This document shows, piece after piece, positions 6,396-12,919 of a stretch of 18,768 bases of DNA (the first letter of the stretch is position 1; every line of letters begins with the position of its first letter). Source of the DNA: a virus (lineage: Duplodnaviria; Heunggongvirae; Uroviricota; Caudoviricetes); the IMG/VR virus record IMGVR_UViG_2923618136_000001; one strand, 5' to 3'. The notes under the pieces were generated by a model that saw only the letters and a program-made list of their open reading frames with translations, had not been told where the DNA came from and made no database searches. A program made the translations under genes and the position numbers.

Positions 6396-9131
6396 TCACA
6401 TTCGCCAGGCCCACATGTTCAGCAAGATCGTGAAAACAGTCGGCGTGGCCAGGCCGCTCTCGCTGCTGCGCAGCGTGAAGTTCGTCGTCGTTGGGTTACG
6501 CATGCAGAAGCTCAACCGCTCCGGGGTCGGGTTGTCCGCGGTGAACACCACACGCGGCACCGTGGCCATCGTGAATGTCCAGTTCACCAAGTACGACGAA
6601 GCGCCCGTCAGCGACACCGCCCGCATGATCAGTCCGGCCTCGTTGCCCGTGAACGACCACTTCCCGGCGAACTCGGTCGACGCGGCGGAGAACTTGAAGC
6701 GGTTCAGGTTCGCGCCGATGTCGTTGTATCCGACCTCGAGTTCGTTCGGTTTGAGGAACAGGTATCCGCCGCCAGCGAGACCAGATGTCGGGTTGACGAT
6801 GTGGACTCGGTAGTCGGTGGCCGCGTGGACCACCCGGCACTGCGCGGTGTTCGCGCCGTTGACGCCGGACACCGTGACGATCGTCGCCTCGCCCGCGTAC
6901 AACGACCCGTCGACGTACATCCGGGCCGGGTTCGTTCCGGTGCCCGGAAGGAAACGGATCTCCGGTTGCGTCGCGCCGGTCGGGTTGATGACGATCCTGT
7001 TGCCCGTCAGCCCCGTCGCGAGCTGCCCGACGATGCTCACCGAACCGGTCGACGAGACCAGGACGGTTTGCGTGCCGCCTGCGTCGTACGCGGCCAGGCC
7101 GGTCGCGTTGAGCTCCACCCGGGCCGCGAGCGGATTCCCGGCGACGATCCGAGTCGCCAGGGCCAGGATCGCCTCCAGCTTGTCGGCGGTGACCGCGTTG
7201 GCCGCGATGTTCCCGGCCTCGACGGCACCAGCCGCGAGCCTGTCCGTCGTGACGGCGTTCGCCATCAGAGCGCCCGTGCTGATCGACTCCTCAGCGGCGT
7301 CTCCGTCGACGAGCGGCACTGTGGCGATCGTCGCTGTGCTCGACCTCGCCGACTCGTTCCCAGCGTGGTCGACGGCGGTCAGCCAGAACTCGCGGAGCTC
7401 GCCGTACGGCTGGCCGGTCACGACGATCGACCCAGTCGCCTGCAGGTACCCGACTTCGGCCGCGCCGGGGTCGAGCGGGTCTTGCATCCACACCCGGACC
7501 CGATGGAAGTCGGACGGCATCGGCGCCGAGCCGACGCCGATCCCATCCCACGCGACGTGGATCACGCCGAGCCGGGTGGACAGCACCGGCGCGGCTGGCG
7601 CGGGCGGCGGGGTGTCGTCGTCGTCGATGGCCACGGCGTACTCGTCGGAGAACTGCCCCTTGACGCCCTGGCTCGTGGCCCGGACCTTGAAGGCGTACTC
7701 CCTGCCCACGATCAGCGGGCTGTAAGTCGCCGTGGTGCTGCCCGGCTCCGTGGTCGCGACGAGGAACCAGGGCGCGCCGACGACGTTGAACCGCATGAAC
7801 AGCTCGTAGCTGTCGATGTCGATCGCCTCGCCCGTCACGTCCAGGAGCACCGGACCCCACGTCGCGGTGATCTGCCCCTGCGCGAACCCGGACGCATCCA
7901 CGTAGGTGATCGGGTTCACAATCAGCCCTGCGGGTTTCGCGGCCGTACGGCCGCGCGGTGACGGCGGTGCCGGTTGCGCACCGGACCCACCGGACGCCGT
8001 CGACCCGCCGACGATCCCGGCGGTGCGGCGCGCGAACCGGATCGACTGCTCCAAGAAGCGGTCGTTCAGGATGACGTTGCCGCCGACCACGCCCTTGGCG
8101 TCCTTGGTGAGGGTGATCTGCCGGACCCTCAGCGGAGCCAGCGTGCCGCGACTCGCGGGCGCGATGACCTTGTCTCCGGGCTGGTAGTCGCGCCACGGCA
8201 GCCACCGCGCCCCGTTCGGCGTGATCTCACGGGTGTGCTGCACCCGCTCCTGGGCGGCGCGCTGCAGCGACGACTCAGCGAGCAGGAACGCGGTCCCCTC
8301 GTCGGAAACACCGCCCTGGCCGATGAAGTTCTCCCACCGGCCCCACGGCAGGGTCGCGCTGGAGCCGTACGACCGGCGGAACCCGTCGTCACCCACGACG
8401 AGCACAGCGCTCGCGGCGTCTTCCAAGGTGCCCGTGTCGGGGGCGTCGAGCACGTCGCGGCCGAGCCGCAGGTCCACGCGGGGTGCTGTCGTCCGATCAC
8501 GCGCGAGCTTGGTGTCCGCGTTGTAGACGTGGAGGGTCCGGCCCTCGAAACGGAAGTCGATGACGGACTGCTCAGCGAGGTTGATCAGCGTCGTGAGCGC
8601 GTCCAGGCCCGGCTGGTAGTAGATGGTCAGGATCTTGTTCCACGGCTTGTGATCGCTGTCATGCTCCGTGTTGAACGTCCAGTCGAGCACGGGCAGCGCG
8701 CCTCGCTCCTGCGCCTCGGCAAGGAACGTCTGCAGGATGCTGCCGGGCGTCGCCGAGGTGAACGCTCTCTTGCCATCGACCAGCGGCGCGGGCCCTGGGT
8801 AGAGCACGACCTTGCGGAGCTGCCAGCCGTAGCCAGGCATCTCGAACGTCTCGACACCGGTCTCGTCGGTGACGTCCATTCCTCGTTTGATCCGCAGGAA
8901 CCGCGAGTCCGGGGATTCGGTCCACGTCTGTCCGTCTTCGGACCATTCGATGGCGATCTCGCACGGCTGCGCGAGCAGGCCGGCGCCGAGGGCGTGGCGG
9001 CTGTAGCGCAGGGCCAGGGCGGGCACGTCGTTCAGCGGCTGCCCGGCCTGGAACGCGAGCGGGTGCGGGAGCAGGCCGAGCTTGTCGCCGTTCGGGGCGT
9101 ATGCGACGAGACGGAGGTCGAACACGCCCAC
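6396..9131 (-). CDS. Tail hub / central fibre protein 1, 911 aa
   Basis: Follows Dit in operon order. Hub-like N-terminus, two FN3-like domains (YAFKVRAT; WLTAVDHAGNES), about 4-5 AANAVTADKL repeats, RVELNATGLAAYD shaft motif and a lectin-like tip. Start may be GTG 9125. Confidence 0.8.
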   Translation of the reverse strand: MGVFDLRLVAYAPNGDKLGLLPHPLAFQAGQPLNDVPALALRYSRHALGAGLLAQPCEIAIEWSEDGQTWTESPDSRFLRIKRGMDVTDETGVETFEMPGYGWQLRKVVLYPGPAPLVDGKRAFTSATPGSILQTFLAEAQERGALPVLDWTFNTEHDSDHKPWNKILTIYYQPGLDALTTLINLAEQSVIDFRFEGRTLHVYNADTKLARDRTTAPRVDLRLGRDVLDAPDTGTLEDAASAVLVVGDDGFRRSYGSSATLPWGRWENFIGQGGVSDEGTAFLLAESSLQRAAQERVQHTREITPNGARWLPWRDYQPGDKVIAPASRGTLAPLRVRQITLTKDAKGVVGGNVILNDRFLEQSIRFARRTAGIVGGSTASGGSGAQPAPPSPRGRTAAKPAGLIVNPITYVDASGFAQGQITATWGPVLLDVTGEAIDIDSYELFMRFNVVGAPWFLVATTEPGSTTATYSPLIVGREYAFKVRATSQGVKGQFSDEYAVAIDDDDTPPPAPAAPVLSTRLGVIHVAWDGIGVGSAPMPSDFHRVRVWMQDPLDPGAAEVGYLQATGSIVVTGQPYGELREFWLTAVDHAGNESARSSTATIATVPLVDGDAAEESISTGALMANAVTTDRLAAGAVEAGNIAANAVTADKLEAILALATRIVAGNPLAARVELNATGLAAYDAGGTQTVLVSSTGSVSIVGQLATGLTGNRIVINPTGATQPEIRFLPGTGTNPARMYVDGSLYAGEATIVTVSGVNGANTAQCRVVHAATDYRVHIVNPTSGLAGGGYLFLKPNELEVGYNDIGANLNRFKFSAASTEFAGKWSFTGNEAGLIMRAVSLTGASSYLVNWTFTMATVPRVVFTADNPTPERLSFCMRNPTTTNFTLRSSESGLATPTVFTILLNMWAWRM

Positions 9132-9141
9132 CCCCTGATCA

Positions 9142-9199
9142 TGTATACCGGTAGACAGATGGGGTGCCGCACTCTAATGTGTCTACCAGTAGACACATT
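9142..9199 (+). promoter_or_regulatory. Sigma70/HrdB-type promoter overlapped by two palindromic operators
   Basis: -35 TAGACA 9152-9157, 17-bp spacer, -10 TAATGT 9175-9180. Operators TGTaTAC-CG-GTAGACA (9142-9157) and perfect AATGTGTCTAC-CA-GTAGACACATT (9176-9199). RBS GGAGG 9201-9205. Confidence 0.8.
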
Positions 9200-9209
9200 G
9201 GGAGGCGTA

Positions 9210-9527
9210 ATGGACATGGAACTCGTCACGATCCACGACGTGGACGGCCTGTTCGACAACCAGATCGATGGCGCGCTGCCCTGGAACATCGACCCGGTCT
9301 TCGCTTTCGAGACCGAGGTCGACGCCCTGCAGGTCCTCCAGCATCTCGCCGAGCAACTCGACACGACCCGCCAGCAGCTCCACCACGTGATGCGCTACAT
9401 GGAAGCCGCCGTGAAGGCCGCAGGCGCAACCGTCGAGGACGGGTCACCGATCAAGCCTCAGGCGATCATCAACCACACGGGCCTCTCGCGCCGTACCGTC
9501 TACAAGTTCCTCGGCACGCGCCAGTAG
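9210..9527 (+). CDS. Accessory HTH protein (helical N-part, C-terminal resolvase-type HTH), 105 aa
   Basis: PQAIINHTGLSRRTVYKFL HTH; RBS GGAGG; it is the 3' end of the 7974-9527 ORF-track frame. Confidence 0.8.
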   Translation: MDMELVTIHDVDGLFDNQIDGALPWNIDPVFAFETEVDALQVLQHLAEQLDTTRQQLHHVMRYMEAAVKAAGATVEDGSPIKPQAIINHTGLSRRTVYKFLGTRQ

Positions 9528-9536
9528 TCTGCGGCC

Positions 9537-9845
9537 ATGAACCCTCAAATCGAGGCAATGCACGCTGCCAACGTCGCCCAGGTCAACGCCCAGATGCGCG
9601 CGGAAGGCGTATGCAAGATGCACCTGAGTAAGCCGCGGCCTGCGGCGACAAGGGTGTGGCACTACACGAACGGCAACGAGGTCCCGATGTGCCAGGAGTG
9701 CGTCGACGCCTTCGCCCAGGGCGTCACAGACGGTTGGGCTCAGCCACCTGTGAAGATCGAGTCGCTTGGGTCACAGGTAGGAGCGACGGCCCCGAATCTT
9801 CAGAGCCGACGCGCCAGACGTGCTCGACGCCGTCGCGCTGACTAA
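9537..9845 (+). CDS. Accessory small protein with possible Zn-binding CxxH...CxxC motif, 102 aa
   Basis: Starts 9 nt after the HTH stop with gene-like codons (CKMH...CQEC). No clear RBS; the last 75 nt overlap the Dit 3' end antisense. Confidence 0.55.
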   Translation: MNPQIEAMHAANVAQVNAQMRAEGVCKMHLSKPRPAATRVWHYTNGNEVPMCQECVDAFAQGVTDGWAQPPVKIESLGSQVGATAPNLQSRRARRARRRRAD

Positions 9846-10640
9846 GACGGCCCGCGAGTGCGGGTCGCCCAACGCCATCGCGGGGGTCAGGTGTAGCCAC
9901 CGGAACGCCGACCCCGGGCCGGTGGCGTTGATGTCGCCGGTCACGTCCGTCCCTTCGTCGAGGTCCCACGTGTCGGTCGTGACGATCGCGGCCCTGAGCT
10001 GCCCGCAGTCGATCAGCAGGTGCTGCCCGGCGAGCACAGTCTCCGCGTAGGACACCGTGCCCCCGGTGGCCACGTCGACGACCGAGGGATGCACGGCCGG
10101 GCCGGTCACCCGCACCAGCGCATCCGTGACCGGCCCCGTGGACCCGGCAAGCGGGGTCACGATCTGCGCGGCCCCCGGCAGGGTGCCGGTCCACGTCGAA
10201 TCGACCTCGTCCCGCCAGTACACGCCCGGGACCTTCACCACGGCGGTCAACCTGGCCAGCGCCGCCCCGACATTGACCTCCGGCTCCGACACGGCCTCGA
10301 CGGTCACGCCCGCGACGCGGATGATCGACCCGGCCACCCACTTGCAGGTGATCAGCCGGTGCCGCACGCCGAGCAGCGCGCCCAGCGCTTCGAGGTTGGC
10401 CTCCATCTGCTCGACCCCGCCGTCCGCCCCGGACGGGGTCCGCGAGTAGACGGTGAGCGCGAGCCCGAACGACGTCGCCTCATGGTCGAGGCTCATGATC
10501 GGCAGTTCACCGGCCCGGCCCGCCACGGCCACGTTCGCCGCCCGCACCCCCGGCAACGGCCGGCGCTTGGTGCCCTTCTTCAACTTCCAGCACCCGCTCG
10601 GATGATCCAGCGGGACACCGTCGAGGACGTACGTCGCCAC
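9771..10640 (-). CDS. Distal tail protein (Dit-like), 289 aa
   Basis: Directly after the tape measure; size and beta-rich pattern fit Dit; typical C-terminus KIRGRRSYL. Confidence 0.75.
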   Translation of the reverse strand: MATYVLDGVPLDHPSGCWKLKKGTKRRPLPGVRAANVAVAGRAGELPIMSLDHEATSFGLALTVYSRTPSGADGGVEQMEANLEALGALLGVRHRLITCKWVAGSIIRVAGVTVEAVSEPEVNVGAALARLTAVVKVPGVYWRDEVDSTWTGTLPGAAQIVTPLAGSTGPVTDALVRVTGPAVHPSVVDVATGGTVSYAETVLAGQHLLIDCGQLRAAIVTTDTWDLDEGTDVTGDINATGPGSAFRWLHLTPAMALGDPHSRAVLVSATASSTSGASALKIRGRRSYL

Positions 10641-12857
10641 TCACACCACCCCCAGTGCACCGGCCATTTGCAGGCCACGATTGATCGTCTGCGATGACGG
10701 TTCGGCCTGCGGGTTGATCGTGGTCAAGTTGAACACCACGCCCCCGCCTCTCCCCGGCCCGGCGCCGCCGGCCACTCCCCCGCCCGGCCCGACCGGCACG
10801 GCCAGCTCCGGGGAGAACGCTGTGCTTAGCTGCCCAGCGATGTTCCGGGCCGTGCGCAGCACCTGCCCGGCCGACCCTTGCATGCCCTGCGCCATGCCGA
10901 GCATCGTGAACTGGCCGATCTGAGCGAACACCCGGCTGGGCGAGGAGATACCGAGGGCCTGGCGCACCCAGTCCGGCATGATCTGCGAGAAGAACCCGAG
11001 GATGGAGTTCCGGAACCAGTCCCACATGGACACGATGCCGTTCCACAGGCCGCTGATCACGGCCACGCCGATGTTGCCCATCACCGAGGCGATGTCACCG
11101 ACTGCGGACACGATCTGTCCCGGCAGGTTCATGAAGAAGCCGACCAGCGTCCCGCCGATCCACTGGCCGATCCCTCGCACCAGGTCAGGGATGATGCTGT
11201 GACCGATCAGCACGTCATACAGCCACCCGAACGCGGCGGCGACCGTCTGCACCATCGCGTTCACGACCAAGACGATCATCTGCACTGACGGGCCCAGAAC
11301 GTACGACAGGCCCTGCGCGAGCAGCGTCACCAGGGTGATGACCTGCGGCAGCACTGTGACCGCGAGCTGCACCAGCGGCGGCAGCAGCGGCATGACCGCA
11401 TAGAGGATCTGCGTGAACCCTGATGCGAGCTGGACCAGCATCGGAGCGAGCGAGAGAACAAGCTGCACAGTCGGAGGCAGAAGCGACACCGCGAGCTGCA
11501 GCAGCATCGGCAGGATCGGCGTCACGGCGGGCAACAGCGACGTGAACGCCTGAGCCACCTGAACCAGCGCGGGCGTAAGCATGATCACCGCACGCATGAC
11601 CTCCGTGCCGACCAGGACCGCGGCCTGCGTCAGCAACGGCAGAATCGGCGCGATGGCCTGCACGAGCACACCGAGGACCTGAACCAGCGCCCCGCCCACG
11701 ACGGCCGCAAGCTGCCCGACGAGCGGCAACAGCGGCGACAGGGCAGGTAGCAGCGCCGTGGCGATCTGCGCAACCAGATTCGCCAGCGGGCCAAGCAGCG
11801 GGATCACGGCCAAGAGGAACTGCCCGAACGCGGTCGTGAGCTGCCAGACGACCGGCTGGAGCTGCACCAGCACCGGCACCAGAGCGGCGGTGATCGCTGA
11901 GACGACCTGCACCAGTACCGGCATCAACGCTGTCGCGAAAATCGCGACGAGCTGCACCAGCGGCGGCAGCAGCGGGGCCATGGCCGCGACGAGCTGGCCG
12001 AGGCTCACGACGAGCACGGCGACGTGCGGCGCGACCTGCGTAAGCGCTTGGATGAGCGCACCACCGAGGGCCTGCACGATCATCGCCAGGGCACCCATGA
12101 CCGGCCCCATGAGCTGCGCGCCCACCTGGACGAGCGTGGCGATCAGCGGGGCGAGGGCCTGGAGGATCGAGCCCACGCCGACGATGAACTGAGCGACCGC
12201 ACCCGAGTTCGCCGCGACCGCCTGCGCGATCACGCCGAAGAACCCGGCGAGCTGCGCACCGAAGATGCCCATCACGCCGGCGAGCTGAGACAGGACCGGC
12301 ACGGCAGCGGCAACGATGTGCTGCAGCGCGGGCAGCGCCGACTGGAGGAACTGCACCAGGCCCGTCGTGAGTTGTCCCAGCAGCGGCGCGATCTGGCCGA
12401 ACATCTGAGTCAGCGCGGGGGCGATCATCTGCGCGAAGATCGAATGCAGGTTCGCGGCGACCTGCACCAGCGGGGCCTCGAACACACTGGCCGCTCGCTT
12501 CAGCTCCATCGTGACGCTGTCGGCCATCGCGGAAAACGCCAGCTTGACGCCTTCCGCTTGCGCGGCCGCGGCGATACCGATCCCGCCGAGCACGCCGACG
12601 ACCCCGAGGAAGCTGGCTCCGACGATGACAGCGGAACTGCTTGCGGCTACGCCGAGCGCGCCGAGCGCTGTGGCCGCCGACGCCGCGGCGATCCCGACTC
12701 CTGCGCTCATCGAGGCGGCTTGGACACCGATCGACCCGAAGATGCCGCCGAACTGGCCCGCGAACCGCTGCAGGTCGTTCAGGGCCCGGCGGAGCCCGGG
12801 GGTGAGGTAGTCCCGCAGGCTGATCGTGGCGACCAGGTCGCCGACGTTGAGCGCCAC
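10641..12857 (-). CDS. Tape measure protein 2, 738 aa
   Basis: N-terminus MALNVGDLVATISLRD; long amphipathic LLPPLVQL repeats; LGISSPSRVF...G motif; RBS AGGAGGTGA. Confidence 0.85.
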   Translation of the reverse strand: MALNVGDLVATISLRDYLTPGLRRALNDLQRFAGQFGGIFGSIGVQAASMSAGVGIAAASAATALGALGVAASSSAVIVGASFLGVVGVLGGIGIAAAAQAEGVKLAFSAMADSVTMELKRAASVFEAPLVQVAANLHSIFAQMIAPALTQMFGQIAPLLGQLTTGLVQFLQSALPALQHIVAAAVPVLSQLAGVMGIFGAQLAGFFGVIAQAVAANSGAVAQFIVGVGSILQALAPLIATLVQVGAQLMGPVMGALAMIVQALGGALIQALTQVAPHVAVLVVSLGQLVAAMAPLLPPLVQLVAIFATALMPVLVQVVSAITAALVPVLVQLQPVVWQLTTAFGQFLLAVIPLLGPLANLVAQIATALLPALSPLLPLVGQLAAVVGGALVQVLGVLVQAIAPILPLLTQAAVLVGTEVMRAVIMLTPALVQVAQAFTSLLPAVTPILPMLLQLAVSLLPPTVQLVLSLAPMLVQLASGFTQILYAVMPLLPPLVQLAVTVLPQVITLVTLLAQGLSYVLGPSVQMIVLVVNAMVQTVAAAFGWLYDVLIGHSIIPDLVRGIGQWIGGTLVGFFMNLPGQIVSAVGDIASVMGNIGVAVISGLWNGIVSMWDWFRNSILGFFSQIMPDWVRQALGISSPSRVFAQIGQFTMLGMAQGMQGSAGQVLRTARNIAGQLSTAFSPELAVPVGPGGGVAGGAGPGRGGGVVFNLTTINPQAEPSSQTINRGLQMAGALGVV

Positions 12858-12859
12858 GT

Positions 12860-12905
12860 CTCACCTCCTGAAAGGTCCGCATGGGCTGGGATTTCAGGAG
12901 GTGAG
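12860..12905 (-). promoter_or_regulatory. Hairpin sequestering the TMP2 ribosome-binding site
   Basis: Perfect 14-bp inverted repeat CTCACCTCCTGAAA (12860-12873) / TTTCAGGAGGTGAG (12892-12905). On the mRNA the 3' arm is the TMP2 SD. Confidence 0.8.
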
Positions 12906-12919
12906 GCGCGAGCCGGGTG

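Noticed and set aside
9137-9142. GATCAT next to the hub-1 RBS as a site for the Gbn-like protein
   Set aside because: GATC is very frequent throughout the window, so one site is uninformative.
9157-9185. Divergent minus-strand promoter for hub 1 using the mirrored TAGACA
   Set aside because: At 17-18 bp spacing the -10 would be CCATCT or CATCTG, lacking the TA---T pattern.
9142-9199. Palindromes as invertase/resolvase sites or transposon ends switching the tail modules
   Set aside because: No second site elsewhere in the window, the 105-aa protein lacks a recombinase catalytic domain, all tail genes share one orientation, and the sites overlap promoter elements like operators.
9136-9773. 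Target-site duplication at the cassette borders (TGA on both sides)
   Set aside because: A 3-bp match that includes a stop codon is expected by chance.
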